Positions 39,192 to 49,823 of a DNA stretch of 64,000 nt are shown here, piece after piece. The DNA is from Candidatus Moraniibacteriota bacterium (lineage in GTDB: Bacteria; Patescibacteriota; Minisyncoccia; Moranbacterales; GWC2-37-73). The notes under the pieces are model-generated. The model had not been told where the DNA came from. It did not search any database and was given only the letters and a program-made list of their open reading frames with translations. The DNA lies in the NCBI GenBank assembly GCA_035390125.1, contig DAOOTD010000001.1, forward strand, positions 31,619 to 95,618, written 5' to 3'. Numbering within the stretch: position 1 is the stretch's first letter; each line of letters starts with the position of its first letter. Both the position numbers and the translations under genes were made by a program.

Positions 39192-41645
39192 ATGAAATAT
39201 AAAAATCTTACATCGGAAGAAGTTGAAAGAAATCAAATCAAGTTTGGAAAAAATGTTTTGCCGGAAGAAAAAACCGTTCCGGCAATCAGGCTTTTTCTGG
39301 CGCAGTTTGCCAACCCTTTAGTTTATATTCTTTGTTTTGCCGCTCTAATATCTCTCTTTCTTCATAAATATTTTGATATAGCACTCATTCTCTCTGTTGT
39401 TGTTGTTAATGCTATTATGGGATTTTTTCAAGAGAATAAGACGCAAAAAACTTTGGCGGCTCTCAAAAAATTGGTAAAACCGAACGCTAAAGTTTTGCGC
39501 GACAATCAAAGACAGGATATTGAAGCGTCAGAATTGGTTCCGGGGGATGTTGTTTTTCTCGCTGTCGGAGATAAGATTCCGGCTGATGGAAAAATTTTAG
39601 AATCAATCTCTTTTCTGATTAATGAAGCTATCTTAACCGGTGAAAGTGAGGCGGTGGAAAAAAAAGAAGGGGAAGAAGCTTATATGGGAACGATTGTTTC
39701 TTCCGGCCGGGCGGTAATGCAAGTGACGAATATTGGCATCGCGACAAAAATCGGAGAAATTGCCGAAACCCTGAAAGATACGCAGCAGCCGATAACCACT
39801 CTCCAAATCCGTTTGAAAAAATTGACCCAAAATTTAATTTACATTTCAATTTTCTTGGCGGTCTTGGTATTTATTTTTGGTTTTGCAACCGGCCGGGATT
39901 TTTGGCAGATGGCCGAACTTTCCGCCATTCTTTTGGTGGCGATTATTCCCGAAGCCTTGCTTATTGTTATTACTTTGGTATTGGTGCTGGCAATGCGTGA
40001 CAGCCTGAAAAGAAAAGCGCTTATCAGGAAAATTTTAGCGGTGGAAACTTTGGGATCGGTTACGACAATTTGCACGGATAAAACCGGCACGCTCACAGAA
40101 GGAAAAATGAAGATTGTTGAAACTGATTTTTCCGACCAAGAGAATAGTTTTTTGGCAATGTGTCTTTGCAATGACAGGAGTGATACTGTGGAAATTGCGC
40201 TTTGGGATTATCTGGATGGGTTAAAAGATTTTGACCAGCAAGAAAATTTTGATAAATATAACAGAGTTTTTGAAATTCCTTTCGGCAGTGAGCATAAATT
40301 TATGCTTACAGCCAATCATCTTTCAGATGGCAGCGGCAATCATTTTATAGCCATCAAAGGAGCGCCGGAAGTTATTTTGAAAATGTCTAATTTGAGCGAG
40401 GAAGATAAGAAAATAATAACATCCAAAATTCACAGATGGGCAGAAAAAGGACTAAAGGTGCTGGCATTGGCTCACAAAAAAATATCGCAGGAGGAGATAG
40501 AGGAAATAAAAAACAAAAAAATATCCGGATTTGAGTGGAGTGGAATAGTTGGTCTTTGGGATCCGCCGCGAAAAGAAGTGAAAGAAACGCTGGCGATCGC
40601 CAGGGAATCGGGGCTAAAGATAAAGGTGGTGACTGGTGATTACCACCGCACGGCAGTAAAAATTATGGAATCCTTGGGAATGAAGGTTTCGTCCGGCGAG
40701 ATTTTAAAAGGAAGCGAATTGGAAGAATTAAGCGATGAAGAATTAAAAAATAAAATTACCAACATTTTGTTATTTGCCAGGGTAACTCCGGAGCAAAAAC
40801 TGAGGATAGTTACCGCTCTTCAGGAACTGGGAGAAATTGTGGCTATGACCGGAGATGGCGTAAATGATGCGCCAGCGCTCAAAAAATCCAACATTGGAAT
40901 AGTAGTGGGAGATGCTTCGGAGGTAGCTAAGGAAACCGCCGATCTTATACTTCTGGACAATAATTTCAAAACGATTATTTCCGCAATTGAAGCCGGAAGG
41001 TTGGTCTTTGAAAATATCAAAAAGATAATCTTGTTCATCCTTTCCAATTCTTTTGCGGAAGTAGTGGTTATTATGGGTGCTTTGATTTTAGACTGGCCGT
41101 TTCCTCTTACAATCGTTCAAATCCTGTGGCTCCATCTTCTGTGCGACGGGCCGGAGGATTTTATTCTGGGTTTCGAACCAAAAGAAAAAGAAACAATGCT
41201 TGATGGACCCAAAAGAATGGACGAACCGATTTTTGGAAAGCTCAGTATTTTTTTGACTGTAGCAATATCTCTTCTCTCCGGCCTTATCTCTCTCGGCTTT
41301 TTCTGGTACTTCGGTTTATATCAAGGGAATGTAGCTCTTGGTCAGACAATGGCTTTTATGTCGCTGGCTTTCAGCTCTGTTGTTTATATTTTTTCCTGCC
41401 GGACGCTTCGCAAACCGTTTTGGAAATATGAAAATTTTTGGTCCAATAAATGGCTTTTTGCGGTTGTGATTTTTAGTTTATTTTTAGCTACTATTATCAC
41501 GTATTTTCCTCCGACCCAAAAACTTCTAAATCTGATTCCCTTGAATTTATTCCAATGGAGTTTGCTGGTGGCAAAAGCAGTATTGCTGGTTTTGGTTATT
41601 GAAATAGGAAAGTTAACGATGAAGCCAAAAAATAAAAAGAGTTGA
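39192..41645 (+). CDS. Cation-transporting P-type ATPase
   Basis: TGES, DKTGTLT, KGAPE, TGD, MTGDGVNDAPAL. Confidence 0.95.
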   Translation: MKYKNLTSEEVERNQIKFGKNVLPEEKTVPAIRLFLAQFANPLVYILCFAALISLFLHKYFDIALILSVVVVNAIMGFFQENKTQKTLAALKKLVKPNAKVLRDNQRQDIEASELVPGDVVFLAVGDKIPADGKILESISFLINEAILTGESEAVEKKEGEEAYMGTIVSSGRAVMQVTNIGIATKIGEIAETLKDTQQPITTLQIRLKKLTQNLIYISIFLAVLVFIFGFATGRDFWQMAELSAILLVAIIPEALLIVITLVLVLAMRDSLKRKALIRKILAVETLGSVTTICTDKTGTLTEGKMKIVETDFSDQENSFLAMCLCNDRSDTVEIALWDYLDGLKDFDQQENFDKYNRVFEIPFGSEHKFMLTANHLSDGSGNHFIAIKGAPEVILKMSNLSEEDKKIITSKIHRWAEKGLKVLALAHKKISQEEIEEIKNKKISGFEWSGIVGLWDPPRKEVKETLAIARESGLKIKVVTGDYHRTAVKIMESLGMKVSSGEILKGSELEELSDEELKNKITNILLFARVTPEQKLRIVTALQELGEIVAMTGDGVNDAPALKKSNIGIVVGDASEVAKETADLILLDNNFKTIISAIEAGRLVFENIKKIILFILSNSFAEVVVIMGALILDWPFPLTIVQILWLHLLCDGPEDFILGFEPKEKETMLDGPKRMDEPIFGKLSIFLTVAISLLSGLISLGFFWYFGLYQGNVALGQTMAFMSLAFSSVVYIFSCRTLRKPFWKYENFWSNKWLFAVVIFSLFLATIITYFPPTQKLLNLIPLNLFQWSLLVAKAVLLVLVIEIGKLTMKPKNKKS

Positions 41646-41740
41646 TGGAATTGACAGAAAAAATTATTTTAAACATGTTAGGAAATTTTTCTTCGGAAAA
41701 AATGACGAGAAATTATGTCAATGCTTTTGAGGAAGTTATA
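41629..41740 (+). pseudogene. Degenerate copy of the 3' end of the GT4 gene (37831-37945)
   Basis: Shared AAAATAAAAAGAGTTGATG, AATTGACAGAAA, AACATGTTA, TTTTTCTTCGGAAAAAATGACGA. Confidence 0.7.
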
Positions 41741-41778
41741 ATTGAACAATAAACTTTGACAAGTAAAAAAATATAGAT

Positions 41779-42390
41779 ATGGAATCGAAAATAAAGAAAA
41801 TTCTTGAAAGAATAGATTTGCTAAATGAAGCGTTAAGAAAAGAATATTCGCAGCTTGGGAAAAAATACGGATTTCTGATAAAACAGCGGAAGGTTATATT
41901 TTTAGAAAAAATCAGGGAAAGAAACAAAAAACTTCGCATACCTGCTTGGAAATACGCTATTCCAAAAAGTATCCGTCACTTTCTTTCCATGCCCTTTATT
42001 TATATGATGATTTTCCCTGTAGTGATCCTGGACATATTCATCACTGTTTATCATTGGGCCGCTTTTCCTCTGTATGGTATTCCGAAAGTCAAAAGAAGGG
42101 AATATATAGTTTACGACAGAAAGTTTCTTGATTATCTTAATGTTATCCAAAAAGTGAATTGTCTGTATTGCAGTTATGCAAACGGTTTCTTTGCTTATTC
42201 TTTGGAGATTGCGGCCCGGACAGAAAGATATTGGTGTCCGATTAAAGCTGCCCATAAACCGAAAGTTTATCATAATTGGTACAAGGATTTTGCCGATTAC
42301 GGAAATCCCGAGGAGTGGAATCATAAATTCAACGACCAAAAAGCCTTTGAAGAATTGAAAAAAATATCTTCGGAAAAACAAAACAAATAA
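41779..42390 (+). CDS. Hypothetical membrane protein with Cys motifs
   Basis: One TM segment; NCLYCSYANG, RTERYWCPIK. Confidence 0.75.
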   Translation: MESKIKKILERIDLLNEALRKEYSQLGKKYGFLIKQRKVIFLEKIRERNKKLRIPAWKYAIPKSIRHFLSMPFIYMMIFPVVILDIFITVYHWAAFPLYGIPKVKRREYIVYDRKFLDYLNVIQKVNCLYCSYANGFFAYSLEIAARTERYWCPIKAAHKPKVYHNWYKDFADYGNPEEWNHKFNDQKAFEELKKISSEKQNK

Positions 42391-42423
42391 AAACAATTTA
42401 AGCATTTCCAAAATTTGCCGACA

Positions 42424-42443
42424 ATCACCTCCTTTCTAGGGAG
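42424..42443 (+). repeat. attR: duplicate of the 16S 3' end
   Basis: ATCACCTCCTTTCTAGGGAG identical to 8153-8172. Confidence 0.9.
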
Positions 42444-42560
42444 TTAAGGTGAAGCTCTGAATTTATTCAGGGTATAATCTATTGGTCTTTCATTGACTTC
42501 GGTCAATGTTCAAATTCGGATAACACAACTTGAGGACTAGCCACAATAGCTTGTGACTTT

Positions 42561-42586
42561 AAAAAACACCCTGGAGGGTGTTTTTT
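42561..42586 (+). terminator. Terminator of the displaced (original) 16S trailer
   Basis: AAAAAACACCC-TGGA-GGGTGTTTTTT. Confidence 0.8.
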
Positions 42587-42961
42587 GCGTCCTTGTTATT
42601 TTATTTCCTCATGTTAAAATTTATTAAAAGTACTTTTATAAAGGAGGGTTAAATGAAAATTATTGTTTATGGACAATTTGTAAGAGCCGCACTTATCGGT
42701 TTGATGCAAAAAATTAAAGCTTTATGGTGCCCATTGCCCAAAAGAAACTTTGTCCAAGGAAGCACTAGGGGAGAACTTTGGCGACCTGCCAATCTTGAAG
42801 AAGTATCGCTTCGCGCAAGTCAGTCAGCGGCAGAGTTCTGCAAAATGTTTCAGTCATAATTTTATCTCAAGAGAAAAAAATAAAGGGTTCGGCAATTGCT
42901 GTACCCTTTTTTATTTGGTCTTGTCTTCTTATCTAACAGGGGTAGAATAGAGGAAAGAAAT

Positions 42962-43789
42962 ATGAATAATAAAAAAAACGGGGCAATTGGCATATTCGAT
43001 TCCGGTCTTGGAGGGCTAAATGTCATGAAAGGACTCATCAAAGAATTGCCGGAATACAATTACATATATTTAGGGGATACAGCGCGGGTGCCTTATGGAA
43101 ACCGATCGGAAAATATTATCTATGAATTTACTAAACAAGCAGTAGATTTTCTTTTTAACAGCGGATGCGAAATCATAATTTTTGCTTGTAACACAGTATC
43201 CAGTGATGCTCTTAGAAAAATACAGCAAGAATATTTGCCAAAAAAATATCCACGGAAACAAGTTTTAGGCGTGATTATTCCAACGGTTGAATATGCTATT
43301 TTAAAAACTAAAAACAAAAGGATTGGAGTAATTGCGACTAAAGGCACAGTAATGTCTGATGCTTTTAAGAGGGAATTTTTGAAAGTTGATAGTAAGGTGA
43401 AGGTTTTTCAGAATCCTTGTCCACTGTTGGTACCGATTGTGGAAGCTGGCGAACAAAATTCAAAAACAGTTGATATTATTTTGCAAAAGTATCTAAAGCC
43501 ATTACTTATCAAAAAAATAGACATATTGATTTTGGGCTGCACTCATTACGGAGTTTTTAAAAACAAAATTAAAAAAATAATTGGGGGAAAAATAAAAATA
43601 ATTTCTGAGCCAAAAATTGTTGCAAAAAAATTAAAAGAATATTTGCAAAGGCATCCTGAATTAAATAGAAAATTGGCAAAAAATTCAAAATATGTTTTTT
43701 GTTCCACAGATCTAACAGATAGATTTGAAAAATTAGGCAGTAAAATTTTTAGCAGGAAAATTAAAGTAAAAAAGGTAAAAATATGCTAA
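42962..43789 (+). CDS. murI: Glutamate racemase
   Basis: IGIFDSGLGGL, GDTARVPYG, ACNT, LGCTHY. Confidence 0.96.
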   Translation: MNNKKNGAIGIFDSGLGGLNVMKGLIKELPEYNYIYLGDTARVPYGNRSENIIYEFTKQAVDFLFNSGCEIIIFACNTVSSDALRKIQQEYLPKKYPRKQVLGVIIPTVEYAILKTKNKRIGVIATKGTVMSDAFKREFLKVDSKVKVFQNPCPLLVPIVEAGEQNSKTVDIILQKYLKPLLIKKIDILILGCTHYGVFKNKIKKIIGGKIKIISEPKIVAKKLKEYLQRHPELNRKLAKNSKYVFCSTDLTDRFEKLGSKIFSRKIKVKKVKIC

Positions 43790-43856
43790 AGGAAATCAGC
43801 GATTAGTGGAAGAAAATAAATAGAGCTTAACCCTGTTTTTGTGTTATTATTTATCT

Positions 43857-44963
43857 ATGAATAAAGAAATTAAAATTGAAGATTTAGGCTGGGATGAATT
43901 TTTTGAATCTAATCGAAAAAAATTTGAGTTGGATAATTTTCAGGTTGCGCGCGTGATTGCTGAACATAGGGGAGCATACAAAATTAAAAATGCCAGTGGA
44001 GAATATCTGGCTAAAATAACAGGGAAGCAGATGTTTAAAGCAAAATCGCGGGAAGATTTTCCGGCCGTCGGAGATTGGGTGGCCATTACTGAGGCTGATA
44101 AAGAACAGGCGACAATCCAAAAAGTATTGCCGAGAAGAACCGTGATGAAAAGAAAATATGGCGACAAGAATAAAATTGGTGAAAAAAATGAAACTCAAAT
44201 CATCGCGGCTAACATTGACGTGGCGTTTGTCATTGAGTCAATTGACCGAGACTTCAATCTGAATCGCATTGAAAGATATTTTGCTATTGCAAGCGATGGC
44301 GGCATAAAGTCGGTTGTTATTTTGAATAAAACAGATTTAATTTCGAGGGAAGAATTGGAAATAAAAATCAGTGAAATAAAAAATCGGCTGGTGGATGCTA
44401 ATGTTATTGCCACTAGCACTTTGACCAATGAAGGATTGGCAGAATTAAAAAAATATATAGCCCCAGGAAAAACTTATTGTTTTCTCGGTTCGTCAGGCGT
44501 CGGAAAATCTTCCCTAATTAATAAATTGATCGGAGAGGATATTATAAAAACCGAAAACATTGGAGTGCGTTCGGGCAGAGGCAAACACGTAACTACCGGA
44601 CGAGAAATGTATTTTTTGACCAATGGTGGAATTGTGATTGACAATCCCGGAGTTCGGGAAGTGGGAATGACGGACACGGGCGCCGGTGTGAATGATTTGT
44701 TTGATGAAATAAATGCATTGTCAAAAAATTGCAAATTTGTTGATTGCACGCATACACAAGAACCTGGTTGCGCAGTTTTAGTGGAACTTCAGGCGGGTAA
44801 GTTGGATGAAAGCAAATATGCCAATTATATCAGTCTCAAAAGAGAGGCTGAGCATTATGAAATGTCAGAAATAGAGAAAAAAGAAAAAAATCGAAGTTTT
44901 GGAAAATTTTTAAAAAATGCAAAAAAAGAATTGAAAAAATCAGGACTTAAATATTTTGACTAA
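43857..44963 (+). CDS. rsgA: Ribosome small subunit-dependent GTPase A
   Basis: AVGDWV, NKTD, GSSGVGKSS, DNPG, CKFVDCTH..EPGCAV. Confidence 0.94.
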   Translation: MNKEIKIEDLGWDEFFESNRKKFELDNFQVARVIAEHRGAYKIKNASGEYLAKITGKQMFKAKSREDFPAVGDWVAITEADKEQATIQKVLPRRTVMKRKYGDKNKIGEKNETQIIAANIDVAFVIESIDRDFNLNRIERYFAIASDGGIKSVVILNKTDLISREELEIKISEIKNRLVDANVIATSTLTNEGLAELKKYIAPGKTYCFLGSSGVGKSSLINKLIGEDIIKTENIGVRSGRGKHVTTGREMYFLTNGGIVIDNPGVREVGMTDTGAGVNDLFDEINALSKNCKFVDCTHTQEPGCAVLVELQAGKLDESKYANYISLKREAEHYEMSEIEKKEKNRSFGKFLKNAKKELKKSGLKYFD

Positions 44964-45036
44964 GCCCGATTTTAATAGATTGCAATTCATAATTCACAGC
45001 TAAGCTTTCTGTATTTTAAATATACGCAGTCCCTTT

Positions 45037-47526
45037 CTATGAAAGCATGATGACGGGATTATTTGTTATTTCATTTTCTGAATCATTTTCCTGAAATGTA
45101 ATAGATTCTGCTCTGGCTACAAAAACAAGATCATTCCAGAAAGGCAACAAGAGATACTTTTCTTCTTTGGTTCCTTTAAGAATAATGGGTGGAAGTTGAG
45201 CGTTAGCGGATAATTTAATGGAAGTTTTATATTTTCGAACCGCACTAATGGCTTTAAGCATCAACTCCATTCCAATAGATTCGTCTTTATTGAGAAGATT
45301 TGTTTCTCCAGTTGGCCAATCAGTAAGGTGAATGCTATTTATACCTTCATGATGGGCAAAGAATCCGGAATCTATGTCACTTGTAAATTTACCCTCAGGA
45401 GATAACTCCGCATGAAACATTTCTTCCGTAATATGGGGAAGAAGCGGAGAAATCATTTTTAATGCAATAAGATATACATGATAAAGCGCGTATTGAGCCG
45501 ATAGTCTTTTTGTTTGAGAAGAATCTTCAGTAGTCCATAATCTGCCTTTAACAATTTCAAGATAATTATCGCATAAATCATTCCAGAACCATTCTTCAAA
45601 AGTTTGTCTAGCGTGGCTGTATTCATAGCGTTCAAATTCTTTAGCCATAGTTGCTGCAGTAGCATGAGCACGATTTATTATCCATCTGTCAATTGCCTCC
45701 AATTCTGAAATTTTTTCTCCTTTATAATCGCGAAGATTATCCAAAATTAATTTTCCTGCGTTGTAAATCTTGGTTATAAGTTTTTTTCCCTTTTTTACCT
45801 CTAATTCATCATAAAAAGCATCTCGTCCAAGGGTAGCTCCATACATAGTATAACGAATTGCGTCAGCAGAATGTTCAGCGATTAGTTCTTCAGGCTTGTG
45901 TTTTCCTCCGCCAGTTTTTTTACTTATTTTTTCGCCCTTTCTAAGCAATAGGTGGCCAGAAATCATAAGTTCACGCCAGGGAATGTTTTGATGGCGGTAG
46001 AAAGCCATAAGAACAGAATACATTACCCAAGTACGTATTATGTCGTGACCCTGAGGCCTCATTGACATAGGATACATTTTTCCAGTTAATTTTCCGTTTC
46101 CAGGGAAGTAGTTGTTTATATCAGGGGTAAGTGCTGAAGTAAACCAAGTATCAAGGACGTTCTTTTCAGGAATCATTTTTCCTTTGCCGCAATAATCACA
46201 AGTATGAATTTCAGTATCTATTTTTGGATTAACTGGTAAAGATTCTGTTTCGGGAATGAAAACATGGCCACAGGAGTCACATACATAAGCAGGAATAGGA
46301 ACGCCGAAAAACCTTTCTCGAGATATACACCAGTCCCATTTAAGTCCAGACACCCACTCTTCGTAGCGTTTTCGCATATATTCAGGGTGCCAGATTATTT
46401 TGCGTCCAGCGTCCAACAGATCTTCTTTTTTATCAAGAACTTTTACAAACCATTGTTTGGTCGGTATGAGTTCGATTGGAACACCGCAACGTTCATGAAC
46501 TCCCACATCATGTTTTATGGGCTGTTCCTTGCGGATTGCATTAAGTTCTCGAAGCTTAGAGATAATAATTTTTCTTGTCTCTCCTATTGTTTTTCCTGCT
46601 ATTTCTGGAAAGTCTTCCAAATATGATATTTTTCCTTCCGGAGTAAAAATAATTTTTTCTGGAAGATTATGCTTACGTTTCCAAAAAACATCAGTCTCAT
46701 CTCCATATGTGCAGCACATAACTGCGCCTGTTCCTTTTTCTACTGATACTTTATCATCAGCAATAATGGTTACTTTTTTTCCAAGTGGGGAAATTGCAAA
46801 CTTTCCAATCTGGGGTAAATATCTTTCATCTTCTGGGTGGACAAAAACAGCTACGATAGCAGGCAGAAGCTCGGGGCGGGTAGTTGAAATTATAAGCTCT
46901 TCTCCATTTTCACAAGTAAACACAATATCATAAAACATAGCATCAATTTCTTTATCTTCAACTTCAGCCTGTGCTACAGATGTATGGCAATTATGGCAAT
47001 AAAGTGCAACAGCCTCCTTTTGGTATATTGCATCCTTTTCGTATAATTCCTTGAATACCGTTTGTGCCAGCTTTTGAGATTCAGTTGATATTGAAGAGTA
47101 TGACAAATCCCAATCAATGCTAAGCCCAAGAGATTTCCAAAGATTAGTATATTTTTTCTTATATACTTCAGTAACTTCCAAACAAATTTTTACGAATTCT
47201 GCAAGAGGCATAGTGCTTCCCTGAATATTGTGTTCTTTTTCGACAAGCCTTTCAGTAGGAAGACCATTATTGTCATATCCCATTGGATAGCGGACATTAA
47301 AGCCTGCTAAACGGCGAAATCGTGCAATAACCTCTGCCTGAGTATATGAGAATACATGGCCCAAATGAAGTGATCCTGATATGGTAGGAGGAGGGGTGTC
47401 AATAGTAAAAAGTGGTTTTATTGAATCAGGATCAAATCTGTTTATTTTCTCATTTTCCCAAAAATTTTGCCAATAAGACTCTCTATTCTGAGGTATGTAT
47501 GATTCTTTTTCTCCTTTATTTTTCAT
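45037..47526 (-). CDS. valS: Valine--tRNA ligase (short, archaeal-like type)
   Basis: IDTPPPTISGSLHLGH, GTGAVMCCT, WDWCISR, DTWFTS, RPQGHDIIRTW. Confidence 0.92.
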   Translation of the reverse strand: MKNKGEKESYIPQNRESYWQNFWENEKINRFDPDSIKPLFTIDTPPPTISGSLHLGHVFSYTQAEVIARFRRLAGFNVRYPMGYDNNGLPTERLVEKEHNIQGSTMPLAEFVKICLEVTEVYKKKYTNLWKSLGLSIDWDLSYSSISTESQKLAQTVFKELYEKDAIYQKEAVALYCHNCHTSVAQAEVEDKEIDAMFYDIVFTCENGEELIISTTRPELLPAIVAVFVHPEDERYLPQIGKFAISPLGKKVTIIADDKVSVEKGTGAVMCCTYGDETDVFWKRKHNLPEKIIFTPEGKISYLEDFPEIAGKTIGETRKIIISKLRELNAIRKEQPIKHDVGVHERCGVPIELIPTKQWFVKVLDKKEDLLDAGRKIIWHPEYMRKRYEEWVSGLKWDWCISRERFFGVPIPAYVCDSCGHVFIPETESLPVNPKIDTEIHTCDYCGKGKMIPEKNVLDTWFTSALTPDINNYFPGNGKLTGKMYPMSMRPQGHDIIRTWVMYSVLMAFYRHQNIPWRELMISGHLLLRKGEKISKKTGGGKHKPEELIAEHSADAIRYTMYGATLGRDAFYDELEVKKGKKLITKIYNAGKLILDNLRDYKGEKISELEAIDRWIINRAHATAATMAKEFERYEYSHARQTFEEWFWNDLCDNYLEIVKGRLWTTEDSSQTKRLSAQYALYHVYLIALKMISPLLPHITEEMFHAELSPEGKFTSDIDSGFFAHHEGINSIHLTDWPTGETNLLNKDESIGMELMLKAISAVRKYKTSIKLSANAQLPPIILKGTKEEKYLLLPFWNDLVFVARAESITFQENDSENEITNNPVIMLS

Positions 47527-47737
47527 GGTTTTTCCCTGATTTATTTGAATTAAGCTTTTTTACTTTAACATGATTTTCTTCAATAGTAAAGATTTATTGC
47601 CAAAAAAATAATATAAAATTAAAAAGGCGGTAAAATAAATTTATGAAATATAATATGAATAAATTTTATTTTTTGCACTGGATAAATCTATTATTGTTTA
47701 TGGCAAAAATTTCATTATTAAATTATAATATAAACAT

Positions 47738-48307
47738 ATGAAATACACAGAAAAAATTCAAAAGGCAATAAAGTTTGCTACTAAAACGCATGATGTTTAC
47801 CAAAAACAAAAAAGGAAAGGCAAAGATATTTCCTATATCACTCATCCACTAACCGTAGGAATAATTTTGGCGATAATCGGAAAAAATGAGGATATAATAT
47901 CAGCTGGAATTTTGCACGATACAATAGAGGACTCAATAGAAGAAAAAAAAGTTGACTATAAAATGCTGGAGCAAAGGTTTGGGAAAAAAGTCGCTCGTGA
48001 TGTTTTAAGTGTAACAGAAACAGAAAAAAGATTGTCCTGGGCGAAAAGAAAGGAAAAAGCCTTGAAGCATATAGAGCAATTTTCCCATTCATCGGTTTTA
48101 ATAAAATCAGCTGATATTTTAGCTAACGGGCGTGAATTGATAGATGACTATCATAGAGAGGGCGAGGCTGTTTTTGACAGGTTTAATGCAGGAAGGAATG
48201 ATGTTCTTGCAAATTATCAGAAGGTTATCGCAGCATTGCTTAAACGCTGGAAGGACAATCCCTTATCAAAGGATCTGAAAAAGTTAGCTGAAAATTTGCC
48301 CAAATAA
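47738..48307 (+). CDS. HD-domain protein (small alarmone hydrolase/Mesh1-like)
   Basis: QKRKG..SYITHP, LHDTIED, IKSAD. Confidence 0.85.
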   Translation: MKYTEKIQKAIKFATKTHDVYQKQKRKGKDISYITHPLTVGIILAIIGKNEDIISAGILHDTIEDSIEEKKVDYKMLEQRFGKKVARDVLSVTETEKRLSWAKRKEKALKHIEQFSHSSVLIKSADILANGRELIDDYHREGEAVFDRFNAGRNDVLANYQKVIAALLKRWKDNPLSKDLKKLAENLPK

Positions 48308-48354
48308 ACTAGCAATATGATTTTTTTCCAGTTTATGATATAATTTTACAAGTG

Positions 48355-49455
48355 ATGAAAAAAATAAAGAATACTAAAAAAATATTAAAATATAACCTGT
48401 TGGTAGCTGGCATTTTTGTTTTTGCTTACCTGATTTTCGGATTTATAGGTAGTCAAAAAATGTCTTTTTCGGAGATTAAAAATGAAGGACGTATAGCTGG
48501 AACAATGATTTCAGTTTTCGTAAGTCCTTTTGTAAAAGTAACCACATTTGACGGAAAAAATATTGAAGATTTCAGTGGCACCCCTTCGACAAAACAAAAG
48601 AGACCAATATTTACTGGAACATCAAGTATTTCAAATGCTATTATAGAATTAGAAATACAAGAAAAGAACAAAACAATCTATGCAACAACCATAGCCGATG
48701 GCAGTGGTAATTGGGAATGGCTTCCATCAGAAGATCTATCAGAAGGAACCAATACTTTATACATAGAGACTAGCGATCCTGCAGAACCTGCTTTTGTAGC
48801 TACATTTTCATTCTTATTTGAAATTCAGAAAAAAAGTAATGGAGAAGATGAGGATGACGATGAAGATAAAGATGAAACAGCAATTTTACCACCTTCTTCT
48901 TATACAATAAATGAGCCTCAAAAAGGAAATGCCGCACTAGCCGAAAGGCCTGTGGATTTTAGTTTGCTAATCAACAAAGGCAAAGAAGTCTTTAGAGGCG
49001 ACAATCTGGAAATAGAAGTTACCTTCCTAAATGTTAAAGATGATTTTGGCGAAGTTACTATTTCGTTCGTCCTTATTTCACCTGATAATAAAGTTATAAA
49101 AGAATACCCTTATGTAATTTATCTCAAAAACAACGAAAAGGTAACAAGAAAAATATATCTTCCAAATGACTTGAAGCTCGGAAAATATAAACTCCAGGCC
49201 AATTTGACTGTCAAAGACAATATTATCAGTCAGGAAAGATCTTTTTTCTTGAAAGATAGGCCTATAATGGAAATAGGAACGGGGAATATTATTACTTACG
49301 ATGATATAATAAATAATTTAGGATGGATCGGGCTGTACTTTTTAGTATTTTTGTCGATTATCATTTTTTTAATCAGGAGAGAATATATTATATATAAGAG
49401 ATCAAGAAATCACGTCACAGAAGAAGTTCTCTACAAAAAAGGATTTATTAGTTAA
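48355..49455 (+). CDS. Membrane-anchored Ig-like domain surface protein
   Basis: N- and C-terminal TM; PIFTGTS...ADGSGNW Ig-like pattern. Confidence 0.65.
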   Translation: MKKIKNTKKILKYNLLVAGIFVFAYLIFGFIGSQKMSFSEIKNEGRIAGTMISVFVSPFVKVTTFDGKNIEDFSGTPSTKQKRPIFTGTSSISNAIIELEIQEKNKTIYATTIADGSGNWEWLPSEDLSEGTNTLYIETSDPAEPAFVATFSFLFEIQKKSNGEDEDDDEDKDETAILPPSSYTINEPQKGNAALAERPVDFSLLINKGKEVFRGDNLEIEVTFLNVKDDFGEVTISFVLISPDNKVIKEYPYVIYLKNNEKVTRKIYLPNDLKLGKYKLQANLTVKDNIISQERSFFLKDRPIMEIGTGNIITYDDIINNLGWIGLYFLVFLSIIIFLIRREYIIYKRSRNHVTEEVLYKKGFIS

Positions 49456-49472
49456 AAATTAAAATAAAAAAT

Positions 49473-49778
49473 ATGCAATACGCAGAATTCGTTCTTAAAA
49501 TTTTATCCTTGGGCATGCTGGTTTTTTCAATAATTTTTACTTTAGGAATTATTTGGAGAGCGGAAATGAAACTGGACACGGTATACAAAATATTTTTTGT
49601 GGCTCTTGTGTTTTTATTTATATCGCAGGGAATGGAGCTATTTGTAAAAAATGAAATATTTTCCTTTGTGGGTCAGATATTTAATTCTCTTTTTTTCTTA
49701 GTTATGCTTGCTAGCATATGGATGACTAGAGATTTATTTAAAAAAATTGATGAAGAAAAAAAGAAGTCCAGTAATTAA
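49473..49778 (+). CDS. Small membrane protein
   Basis: Three hydrophobic helices. Confidence 0.7.
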   Translation: MQYAEFVLKILSLGMLVFSIIFTLGIIWRAEMKLDTVYKIFFVALVFLFISQGMELFVKNEIFSFVGQIFNSLFFLVMLASIWMTRDLFKKIDEEKKKSSN

Positions 49779-49823
49779 CAACATGAAACTATAATAAAAT
49801 ATTAACAAATAACAAAAATAAAC

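Noticed and set aside
42424-42590. Second 16S gene or rRNA pseudogene
   Set aside because: Only the 20-bp terminus matches; upstream sequence is not rRNA, so interpreted as attR plus trailer.
42653-42950. Two short overlapping ORFs after attR
   Set aside because: No recognisable motif; possibly a decayed gene but unsupported.
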